A stretch of 64,000 nucleotides of DNA from positions 27,528,001 to 27,592,000 of the forward strand of contig NC_088854.1 in the NCBI RefSeq assembly GCF_963853765.1, written 5' to 3'. Every line of letters begins with the position of its first letter. Within the stretch, counting starts at the first letter, position 1. The stretch is from Magallana gigas. Its lineage: Eukaryota. The position numbers and the translations under genes are program-made. Of this stretch, positions 24,881-37,100 are shown piece by piece. The notes below the pieces were generated by a model. The model was not told the origin of the DNA, ran no database searches, and was given only the letters and a program-made list of their open reading frames with translations.

Positions 24881-27800
24881 GCTAAATATACTGAACCCTG
24901 TACAATGCATATTATCATGACATCTCTACATTAAATTCATCAAAATTTGATCAGCAACTGATCATAAGCATACCAGTAATTTTTTTTAAATATTAGCATA
25001 TATTTTCCTTCAAAATTTTGAGGCTAGATTGTCAACAAAAAATTAATCATCAGATCTGCCTTAAATTTTCATACATGAAATTTTTAGCCATAATCTGTCA
25101 TTTAGTAAAGAAAAAATCTAAATACCGGTGCTTTAGCTTTAAAATTTGAATATTTTCCAGTATTTTATACAAAGCTCTTCATCCAAAGGAGGTGAATATA
25201 ACCTTAAAATGGCCAAGTCCATCGAGCCCTCTTAATGCATGTTTCATTCATACTAAAATGGTTAATCTGTTAAATCTTGGAAAAACCATGACATTCTTTG
25301 ATCTGTTGGTTTATCCAGTTGGCAAGATATAAAAATAAAGCTCACAAAGAAACTTAAAAAACCTTGTCTTGTGAAAACTGAATAGATCTAAAATTTAAAA
25401 AAAAAATAGCACTCACAGTGAAATTTTGTTTGAATAAAACCATGCCTTGTGAAAACTAAAACCAACAATTGGATGAATGACTCAGCCAGACAGAGGTAAG
25501 TGGATTTCCTTTAATACTCCAGTCACTATCAAATTAGCATGCTCTCACTGTAAACTATAACTAAATGACTTACTTTGACAAGCACAACACTGTGCACACA
25601 AAAATCAATACCAATTGTTTTAAAAATGACTTTGCCTATGGGAGAATTTATCTTCTATCAAGTGGATATTACAGTTAAACAGATCAACTCCTGAAAATCT
25701 GCAAATTTTTATGCATAGTATACTCTAGCTAGAGCATATATATATATATGTAATATTCGACCGAAAATTTTAAAGTCCTTGTAAAAAGTTACTATTCCTG
25801 TATATAATACATGCCAAAAAAAATTATCAATATCTGACAGGTACAATTTTTTATTCTCAATTTGTGGATCTCATCCAAAGGCACAAGACAACAAAACTAA
25901 AGTAATGTCTAATTTGATACCTGTAATTGTCCCAATTATTAACATCGTTTTTATTTATCAATACTTAAATTTTCGTATATTCGATCATTTTTACTTCTAA
26001 AACTGCAATTTTTGTACATGAAACAAGAGTATGCTTTTATTACCAGAAATGTTAAACAAGTTATTTTAATTTGACAAAAGGGAAGTATGGTACTACAGAT
26101 GGCATTATATTTGCAGTCAACAGGTGGCCAACAATGAATAAATATTCAGTTTATATCATAGACATACAATGAAATTAGAAATCTAATAAATTACAAGTAT
26201 TTTTGACAGAATAAATTGTATGCCAAGCATCCAAATGTCACAGGATTTCAGAAAAACTCTAGATATTGATGACTGTGAAATGGTCAAGATACTGGGTGGC
26301 ATGGTGAATTCATTCTTTCCATTTTAATAGGTACTTTCTACCAGCTTTGGTGGCCTTGTTTTTATTCCTAAATAACTTATTTATGCACCAAATATGAATG
26401 AGCCAATCTCTTTGGTCAATTTGATATATAGATAAAGTAAAAGATAACTTGTAATCAGAGTCAAAGACTGTTGGCAACACTGTATATAAGTTATACTTAT
26501 TAATTTTGATAATTGTGTTGAATTGCCCATGCAGCGTCAATATTGTCTCATCCACACACAATAAGACACTGAAGCAGAAATATTAAAAGGGTAACCTTGG
26601 CCTTTTAATCTTGGCCTTTTAGAAATATCAGGTCTTAGTAATACATGCAATAGATGGCAGATTAGTTTATAAGTATTAGGTGACCTAGACTTTTGACCTT
26701 GACACAGTGACTTGACAGTTGACCCTTGACCTCTTAAAACCAATGTGAAGAGTCTGTATCATATAGCAGATTTTTTTTATGTACAAGCCTCCGCCCCTTT
26801 TTTTTTTTTACATTGATTGAATCCCTATATGGCCTTGACTTTTGATGTTTGACCTTGAAATTCATTTTACTTTATACATGTAAAGTACAGTAACGTCCAG
26901 CAAGATGATACAACCCTTTGTCAAAATTTTACAAAGTCTTAGAATCTTACTGCTCTGTGACCATCCAAACTGTGTTTTAGACAATGCCCCTGAAAGAAAC
27001 TTCCAACTACAGTAAAATTCTTTAGAAATTCGGCGAAAATTTCTGGGATTGTTTGATACATCTGAATCAAACTGCCTGCCAAATTTGAAACAATATAAAT
27101 GATATTGAAAAAAAAAAAATTATCAAGCCTGGTGGCATTAAACCATCTTCCAGAAAAAAAAATTTTGGCGCTTTGATTATTGTATCCAATAAATTCATAC
27201 CCAAATTAAGACTTAAAATCTGTGTTTTCATAAAAAAGCAACCTGTGACGGTAGTGCATGAAACTCTACCAAGGATAACTCATCTTTCAAGTACCCCGAT
27301 TTTATTTGAATTTAGATAACATTTTCTTGTCGTTCATTTTTTCCGACTTGGCTAAAACACGACTGGTCTTCATTCATTTTAGACTTTGCATGAGTTCCTG
27401 TAATCCACAAATGCATATAAATCAAATGATTCTTGACCGCATGCAATTCAGAACAACAGGAGAATGTGCTTATTTGAGAAATAAAATCAAGAATTTGACC
27501 AGGCTTGTTTATTTCTTAGTCAACACAACCGGTCATATTCTTAATAAGCAGCACTGATTTTTCTTATTTGAACAACTCAAAAATTCTGTCATGTCAACCA
27601 GTCATCAAAAACCCATCCATCCACTACCCATCTCAGTCTTGTATGAACACTCAAAACGTAAACACAGCGGATCTAAGCCATACTGGTGTGTGTATTGTAC
27701 TGCATCACATACATTCATTCAAATGACAGTCTATAGAATTTTGATTCTGAACCTGTTTAGAGTCACTGTGGCCAAATGGTTTGCACACTGGGTATGCAAA

Positions 27801-28189
27801 TCAAAGAACTGCACGTTTGAAACCGGTTCTGGCCATTTTTTATTCTCTTTTATCAAAGCTCAAAAATTAGTTTTTCTTTAATTACTCATTATTGACATTT
27901 TTGGAAATTTGTTTAACCATTTAAAATAGGTAGAAAGGCCTCTAATTGGTCTATGAATAATTTATCTACTAGTTATAATTTCTCTCTTCCTGTTATATTT
28001 TGTGTCCTTCCCAACCCCTGAATTGGGTTAGATCATGGGTTCATGTCATCATGACATTTAAAAGAGAAAATACAGCGTCATAATGAGTCATGACTTGAAA
28101 ACAGAAGGCCAGATAGTTCAGTGGGTAAACAACCTTACACGAAATTCAGACCTGAGAGACTGAGAGCCATGTGATGATGTCAGCATCTT

Positions 28190-28797
28190 TGCAAGCCAAG
28201 GGTTTCTGATCTGCACTGCTTCTCACAAACCCTTGGCATATCATAGTTACTATCAAAAGTCAGGATTTTTTCTTAACTTTTGATTGGGTTTTACTGAAAC
28301 AGTTTAACAAATCAAAAAATGCATAACATATCTGATTTAATTGACAATACTTTCATACTGTTTATTTTTGAATGTCTCTGACACAAATAGCTCAAAACCC
28401 TTATTTTTCTAGTCTTTCTGTTTGAGCCTTCGCGATATATGTAGAATGCAATGGTGCAATAACAAGTACAGTACTTGATTGAGTATCAACACAATTGCGT
28501 ATCAAAAGAGGCACTCCCAGTCTTATACCTTTACAGTAACATTTCACTTTATTTTCATTTACTGACTCCACTGGACAATAATGAACATTAAGATATTCTT
28601 TCAACTTTTTAATATCAATTTTTAAGGAGGATGTCATTCCTGCACCAGGTACATTAAAATACTGCATCATTAATCATTGGGCTCACCACGATTTATAAAT
28701 AGGATGGGAGATCACGTGATGAAAAATATCCTGACTCTTGATAGCACAATATGCCAAGGGTTTGTGAGAGCGGCATGGATCAGACACCCTTTGTTTT
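28190..28797 (-). mobile_element. Inverted-repeat-bounded remnant containing a decayed RecQ/SF2-helicase-like fragment (AcademH-like?)
   Basis: ~80-bp arms at 28190-28271 and 28721-28797 are reverse complements. The interior reads STVLVIAPLHSTYIAKAQTERLEK*GF*AI, similar to RecQ motif Ia VLVISPL..LM..QV..L...GI.A. Confidence 0.5.
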
Positions 28798-29575
28798 AAT
28801 AAGATGTAATGTCTGGTAACTCATTATTTCTCCCTACCATTAAATAAATCATCGAACATGTCATTTAATACTATCAATACTCAGACAAAGCCCTCTCACA
28901 AGATTTTCAGGCTCTCCCTAAAGATAACATGTAGTTTAATAGAATAACGAATATTTCAGAGAAAAAAACTCTACCCTATCAACATTTCTTGCCATTTTAA
29001 ATTGTGCGCCAAAATCGTTTAGCCTTTAACTCCAGACATTTGTATTGTTTATTGTGGAGATACACAACATAAAATATCTGGACGATGCATACTAAAATCT
29101 TTTCTAAACTAAAAGGCTTTGTTCTTATCTTATTAAAATTTCAGTCATTCAGATAGAAATTGTGAAAATATTGTTAAAAGTTTAAACAATTTGTTCTGGA
29201 ACCATTCGTTTGAATCTAGTTTCTTTGCAAATTGTTCAGAGCATTGTCACTTTGACAGAAATTGTCGAGTTATGGTCTGCTTCTGCTAACGTGACTTCAT
29301 ATTGTAGACTGAGCAAGCAACCTCTACTGACGTGCGACTATTTCTCGCCAATACATTGTGATGTCAATTTTCGTATATAATTTTATGTGTTATAACTTGA
29401 CATTGCAATGTACTGGCAAGAACTGGTCCCATGCCAATAACGTAATAAATAAATAGATATTTATATATATCTACAATAGGCAGAAAGGACTGTGCACATT
29501 TCCAGATAATGAGAAATGTAAATCTGTTATTGGCTTTGCCCTCTAAACAGTCAAACTGTAAAACATATTATGATA

Positions 29576-29721
29576 CTGGCGTGCGACCAGTTCTCGCTGA
29601 GTACCATTTCTCGCCAGTACATTGTGACGTCATTTTATCAAGACATAAAATTATACACGAAAAATGTCGTCATAATGTACTGGCGAGAAATGGTACTCAG
29701 CGAGAACTGGTCACACGCCAG
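29576..29721. mobile_element. MITE with ~55-bp TIRs (CTGGCG...CGCCAG) and TA flanks; partial related copy at ~29335-29430
   Basis: ta-ctggcgtgcgaccagttctcgctgagtaccatttctcgccagtacatt ... aatgtactggcgagaaatggtactcagcgagaactggtcacacgccag-ta. The TA flanks suggest Tc1/mariner. Confidence 0.8.
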
Positions 29722-31281
29722 TATAGCATTAACCACCGAAAACAACTTGAAACATTTAGGTTATTTAACAACGTATGGGTTATAGACACAGACTGACAGA
29801 GATAAGATAAGCTTTCATTTAGAACCATGAAATCACTGATTCTCCAAAAGGATACACATCATATACATTTAAAATACAATAAAATGTATATATTCAAACA
29901 CGCTAGAAAACATTTATACATTACGCGTTTTAATCAAAAACTCCTCACACAAAAAATCGATAAATAAAAGAGTGTAAAATGGTTTTTCAATGTTTAACTT
30001 TGGCGTTATCTCTTCCTGGTTCGATATAGCCAATAAGACATTAAGTTTGCCAACTTTAAAGTACTAACTAAGATATACCAACCATAGTGGACCTTATTTG
30101 AGGCATCAACAGATGATAATGTTAATGTTATGTGAGAACTCCATCACTGCAACAGGAAGTTTATGAATCAAGTACTGAATTTGATACACGGATGCGAAAT
30201 AGAAAACTTTGACATTCGGATAAAAACGGATATAAAAAATAACAGTTCTCCCATCTAAATCAGTTTATAAAAATTTTTATCCCTCATCTATAAAAACAAA
30301 TAGTATAGAGATAATTTTTATACATAGATTTAGATTAAGTGGGGAGAGTATAGTTTCTAATTTGTTATTTGCTCTTTTTTGGGGGAGGGGGGGTACAATC
30401 TTAGATGTCATTAATTATATTGAAAAACAGATACATTAGTCCCATATTATTTTCATAACAATTTATAATGTAACGTACTTTTCTTTAACTCTATACAAGG
30501 CATTGATATTTGTTTGTTGAACACATTTTACAGTATATACTATATTTGATGTCCTCCAAAAAATTCGAACCTGAGTTTTGACAACTTCAGCAATTGCTGT
30601 GTAATCGTATTATTTACATGTACCTATGGCCATTTTCTGGTGAAAAATCAAGTTGAATATTTATTCTGTTATCATCGGTTAACTACTGAGTACGTAATCA
30701 ATTCTACATTTTTCCGAATTTGAAGTTTGTAAGTCTGAATACATGTAATTCTATTGATATTCTCAAAGAAGATGGATGAATAATACGGGTAAAATGATTC
30801 TATCATGATAGATAAACTACTAAGAAGCCTTTTAAAGTGCTGTATTGTTCCATATTTTTGTCCGATGATAGCCCAATTAAGGTCTAATGAAACACAAACT
30901 ACAATGTAATTTCAATCAACAACAACAACAAAAGACCATTTACCGATTACCTCCTATACATGTACATGAACATAAGAAATATCATTTTGTATCCCAATAT
31001 TTGAAAGCTTTCGGAAAATAATTTTAATAAAAGTCCATAAACTCGTGGCCATAGTCGCATCCGCCACATGTATCTTGTTGTACGTATAACTAGAATGGTT
31101 CTTACAACGATTACCACGATTCTCGTCACCACATTTTGAGCCAATTTGTTGTTCTTCTTTGTGCATGTCTTATAGTAAAATAGTCATTTTGACTACAGTT
31201 AGAAATTGTACTATTCGCCTATTGTGTTTTGTGCCATCTTACTACTCGTGTCCGTCTTCGTTTAGATTATTTCATTCACTG

Positions 31282-31283
<2 letters not shown>

Positions 31284-31335
<52 letters not shown>
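31284..31335. repeat. (GA)26 microsatellite
   Basis: Seen directly. Confidence 0.98.
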
Positions 31336-31339
<4 letters not shown>

Positions 31340-31649
31340 ATTACCTTTTTTCACTACGATGAGAAAATAATAGCTTCCTTCATTACATGCTGAAGTACTT
31401 GTATATCGAGTTGTATCTGAATATATATCTATAAATGTTTACTGAGAATTAGTGAGTATATTTAGATACAGTCATGCAGAAAAACAAAAACTGTCTCCTT
31501 GTCAAATCTCTTGGAGCCAAATGTTAAGTGCGCACATAGATGCCCGGAAAAATCCACTTATTGATAAACATGCACGTGTAGGCTTGATGCTGACGTACTG
31601 AGACAAAAAGGAAATAGTATAAAACATAAATATATATTGGGGATTTACG

Positions 31650-32275
31650 ATGTACGAGGAAGCTTCTTATTATGGCACGCCAAATTCACTAAAATTAAGC
31701 TACACATAGTTTAACAGTTAATAATAAAACTAGTTTTGTCGACTGTTAACTATAGTTAACGAACCGTTAACTATAGTTTTCATCTGTAAAACCGATTCTA
31801 AACTAAAGTTAACGAATGCTAACTTAAGTTTTAAACATCAACGATAAATTTTGCTGATAATTAAATATATAGATTCACATCTGTAAACTATTATTAACAT
31901 TCAATAACTATAATTAAGAGTTGTCAATCAAAGTTTCACAAATCGTGAAACTATATTTATCAGATAAACTATGTTGTAAAATCGCATATGGTTGTTTTTA
32001 ACGTGAATTATAATTCACACTTCTGAAACATAGGTGATCGCGTTAACTATGGTTGACAAAAATATAGATAAACTAGGTTCACGTAAACTATACTTAACGA
32101 GTCATTAACTATTGTACACTGTTTATATTCAAATTCCGTATACTTTTTTGAAAGCTTGTAAAATACCCTAGCACATTTGGGTACAGTTTTCTCTTTTAGC
32201 TGGTTTTGCCAGAATCGATCTATATGTGAAAGTAAAAAAAAATGTACTTCGCTGCCCTCATGTACGTAATTCAAT
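31650..32275. mobile_element. Repeat with many TTAACTATAGTT-like palindromic subunits, possibly a mariner-like MITE
   Basis: Recurrent gttaactatagttaac / aaactatag motifs and weak terminal IR tacgagg / cctcatgta. Confidence 0.45.
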
Positions 32276-32501
32276 AAAAAAAAAAAAGCAATATTCCAGT
32301 ACGTGGGTCTTCCCCATTATGAACTGATTATATTTACCCGGTGAGAACTTGCTTATATAACAAGTCTGTTTAAACATAATACCCGGGGAGGGGGATTAAA
32401 GGACTTTCAAAACTCATTCTTACCCTTTTTCTTAACAAGCTACTATCATTCGTGAATTATTCTGATTTTTAAGGCAAGTTTTTAAATTTATTTATTAAGT
32501 A

Positions 32502-33083
32502 AAAGGACTATGTGTGGTATGGTCAACTATCTGCCCCCGATTTCAACCAATTTTTAAATAGTATCGTATAAAAATAAAATCTTCACAAATCATTGTATAG
32601 AGGATGCCTATAACTTTAATAATGATTTCAGTCATCATTGCTCATTCGCTGTGTATCTATGACGTCACCTAAATGGCCCAATTCCCGCAAATTTGCAAAC
32701 AAATGAAAATATTCTCATTTTTGCTCTATATTTTGCATTCGGAAGTATAGAGCGCAGGTCTGCTCAAGCGCGATTTGAACATATACTTTTCTTCAGATAG
32801 TTATACACATTATACTAAAATATGGTACTTGAGCAAGCCTGCGCTCGATGTTTCCCAGTCGAAAAACCATCGGAAAACACCCATATTTTGCTACAAAACA
32901 TCAATTTAACAAAATAATGCAATATTCATGACGTCATTTCTACATTATGACGTCACTGTGGTGATAACCTTTTACACCTTTATTTCCAATATGATTTTAA
33001 CTATCTTTCACCTTATTTTAAAGCTCTTTCTAAAACTTCGATTTTGGGGGGCAAAAATTGCATAAAACCGCACTTAGTTCTTT
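32502..33083. mobile_element. ~580-bp MITE with AAAG(G/A)ACTA...GCCCCC TIRs; relative at 60616-61194
   Basis: TIRs aaaggactatgtgtggtatgg..tctgccccc / gggggcaaaaattgcataaaaccgcacttagttcttt, with an internal inverted pair atagagcg..caag / cttgag..cgctcgat. The same architecture is at 60616-61194. Confidence 0.7.
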
Positions 33084-34154
33084 ACATGGATGCTCATAAA
33101 CAGGAGACTTACGTGGATTTTTTAAAATAAAGAATTATATATTCGTTAAAAAAGAAAAGTTGTTTGAATTGATATGGGTGCAAGATGATGAAATATCTAA
33201 AATCAATATTTGTGATGAATCAAACACTATTATCGAAATTTTCCGTTACTATCCGCATCCATAAATTTTAACATTTCTGCAGCACCGGAAATAAACACCA
33301 AAAATGAGAAAACATACATTTTTGATGTAATATTTTGCATTTTGTGACTTGATTGATTCTTAATGGAATTGGTTAAGTAGACTATATCACTTTTTATTGC
33401 AAATTTATGGAAGTTATACACTGAATTCTCGCTATTGTGTCGTCAGTAATTCCAGACAATATTTCCTTTGTCTTTCACTTTGCTCAGCTGTTCAATGTCT
33501 AGGAAATAACGATTGATACAATCATATCACCTTTAACGCTTGTTTCTTGGGAAATCAAAAAAATAATTTTTGTTTGAATATTTTTTATTTATGGCAGACA
33601 TAAATTTTGTCATGTCTGCATGTTGTAGCATTTTTAAAATACATACATGTATGCTGGGTTCTAAGAATTGATGTTCTTGGAAACTGTTCTGAATATGAGA
33701 CATGTCTAACAGGAAAACCAATTTCAGGGTGCAGTGTATGCTATTATTGTCATAATCATTGCATCACAAATTACTTCAAATTTTTGTGCAATTTAAATGC
33801 ATCAGTTATATAAGATATTCAGTAATAATTATCTATGTTTTTTCTCTCAATTTTATGCTATTAAAAACTTACAGTCATGCAGAAAGTTATTTAGCTCATA
33901 TGTAGTTATTTTTTTCCAAGTTTTGGTGTTGTAATATATAGTTTCCCCAATTAATTTTTCAGACAGAACAAGAAAGCATGGACATATTGTCTCTGGAAAA
34001 AATTCAAAAAGTTAAATGTAATTATTTGATAAAAATGTATTCTATACTCATTTTGAAATTTTTTTTGTTCAGGGGGTGTTTGTCTAGGACTTAAAATGTT
34101 CGATGAGACAAGGGGGAATACAATGAATGAATAAAAAAGAATCAAGTCCTCGGG

Positions 34155-37100
34155 ATGGGGAGTTCATCATCCAAGTTTCGCAAACACCTGAGCAATGGAG
34201 ACGAAGTTGCAGCACTTCATCTCTATAACAACAACAGCGACCTCAGGAAGGGACTTGACCCAAACTGTTCATATGGCGACCATCACAACCATGAAACTCC
34301 TTTACATTATGCAGCCAGACATGCAATGAAAAGTCTTTTAAGGTTGTTATAATCAATGAATGCAAGAATTTGTTTTTAATAAAAATTGGCTGGTTAGTCA
34401 AAGTTGATTGAATTTTTTTTCGACAAAAAGGAAGATAACTTATTTCCCAACTTCAGAAAGATTATACTAAACAAATGTCTACAACCTGGGAAAATAGTCT
34501 TTGAAAAATATTGTGTTTTATATTTGAAAAAAAACTAAGATTTTTTAAAGAAATATTTTCCTTTTTTCAGGATTTTCCTGCATGACCATAGTGGTAATCC
34601 TAACAAAACAAATGGAAAAAAGGAAACCAGCCTGATCTGTGTTTGTATGGAAAAGCCAGAAAATGCCCAGTTTTACCCTGTTCAAAGGAAGAGACTAGAC
34701 TGTCTAATGATCCTGTTGAAGTGGAGAGGATCAGAAACAGAGGGAGGAGATAAAGAAAAAGTAGACCTTGGCTCCCAAGATGAGGTATAGGAAAATGTTA
34801 TGCAAAGCCCATAACAAATTTTTCCAAAAATAAAAGGGGAGGACGAGAAAACCCTTGCTGGTTGTTAATTTATATGTTAAGGTTAACTTCATAATAATTT
34901 TCAAATTGTGATGAAAATATGTTTCAAATTAAGCACTAAGTTTAATTTGTTTTGTTTTTGCAGAATGACAACACAGCGCTTCATTATGCAGCATTATCTG
35001 GACTGAAATACTGCGTAGAAGTAAGTCTATGTGCAAATTTGCAGTTATATTTTAAGAAGCATTCACGTTATCTTTTTTTTAAAATTTAATTCAACAATTA
35101 CGGTATGAATATATATCGAAACTAGCTAAATGTGATATTAGAAGTTGCAGATATTGGCGTCAATATTGTATTGTAGCCAAATTGCATTCAAGTATATGTA
35201 AGATTGTAGATCATTTGAGATTCCTTTTTGTTCAATGACATTTCTTTATGCCTGCAGAAATTAGTCCAGTCTGGTGCCCCACTGTTCACAGAGAACAAGG
35301 AAAGGCAGACACCATGTGACTGTGCAGAGCAAGGCGGCCACGCCGAGATAGCCCTGTACCTAGAGTCCAAGATGGTCTTCTCCGTAAGTCGGCCATCTTG
35401 CCTCTTGGGCCATTAAACTCAAGCTCAATTTTTATGTCAGTCTCGCTCCTCCTTTATATATGCCTTCTGTAAACAGTACATGTACCAGTAAGCTTGACTA
35501 AGTTTTATGACTTCTGAGTTTCTGCTTCATGTATAGAACAAAATTGAAAAAACATATGTATCAGTAAGTATATGTACTGGTATCTGTGAATGATTTTGAG
35601 TTGTAAATTACACAAGTTTTCATATTGGTTTTTTTTTTTTTTTCAGAGTGTTGGTAATGAAGATGAAGCTGAAGATGTGACATCTATTGTGGAAACTGAG
35701 GTACATGTACAAGGAACTGATTCATTATTGTGTGAATCAAGTTCAAATTAAAAGTTACTTTCTTTGAATTGTCAGATTGCATTTGGATATGTAAAAAATA
35801 AAATCTCCAATGCCATATGTTATAGCAGAGAGTTGCAGTTAGGGATTTTGGGTTTTTCAATTTTTATTAAACCCTAATTTTCAAAGCTAAAAATGATATG
35901 AATTTTGCTCATCCTGAGTTCATTCAATTTATTAAGTGTTAATGATTCTGTTAGTTTATTGAAGATTTTATGTAAGATGACCTCACAATAAAATCTGTGT
36001 TTACAGGAGTACAGTGGATTACGGGCCCAGGATTTACAGGAGGCAAAGGATCAGCTTCTGGTGGAAACTGCAGACATGTTAAGTGTTCCCCTGTTTACAG
36101 CCGAAGCACTGCTCCGAAATTATGGTCAGTTGTTTCAAAGGTTATCAAATTCACTGTTAATTTGTTTTAATGAACGACAACAAAGTCATTTTTTTTTCAT
36201 AGACTGTTGGTACATGTTCATGTAAAAAATTTAAGATACATATAGGATTTTTTTTAATGTGAATTTCATGGTAATTATCATTCTGTGATTCTAGGGTTAG
36301 TACATGTACCAAAACAATTAAAAGTTTGCAGATTTTATTTGTCTTTTGTAGTTTTTTTCAAAGTGAACCTTACCAAACTCTTCAGTATTTTGTACATAAT
36401 GCTCCCACAAGGATCCCATTTGTTAGGATTGCATGAATGAATATCTGTAACATTATATAAAGTTCTCATAACTTGGAATTATTTTATTCTATACAACTAC
36501 AATTTTGTTCTTGTACAATTGTAGAATGGTCCCGGGAGATGTTGCTGGAGGCGTGGATGACGGACCCAAAGCACTGCTGTGAGAAATCCGGGGTCCACCC
36601 TCCCTCCAGTATTTTCTGTGATAAACCAGTCGTTCAGCACTCCCTTCACACAGATCAGCCCCGGTTAGAGACACAGCAGAAGTGCACTGGAATTGTAAGA
36701 ACATTTCTTAATGTAATAATGTTTTTTACCAGCAAACACTTTGCTAGAAATCGTTATTGTCGGTAAAATCATGTGGTTTTTTTTTTTTCAAAATAAAGAA
36801 ATTTTGCTTAAGATATTCTGAAGGTTTTTGGGGGTGGGGGGGTTTTGAGTGAATGAAAAGACCCATTCTCTTCATGGTTTGTTCTTTTTCTTTTTTTTTG
36901 TTTTATTCTTGAATTACTCAACATGTTTATTATATTTTACAGTGCGATATCTGCATGGATTCCTTTGTAATGTCGGACTCTCATGTTGGAATGACCTGTG
37001 ACCATGTGTTCTGTAAAGACTGTTGGAAAGAGTAAGAGTCAAATATTTAATAAAAAGACATTAATACTAAATGAGAGTCAACATCTTCCTAGGTTTATAT

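Noticed and set aside
28955-28963. STAT/GAS-like site TTCAGAGAA upstream of SOCS7
   Set aside because: A single six-fixed-base motif is expected by chance in AT-rich DNA, and the TSS is unknown.
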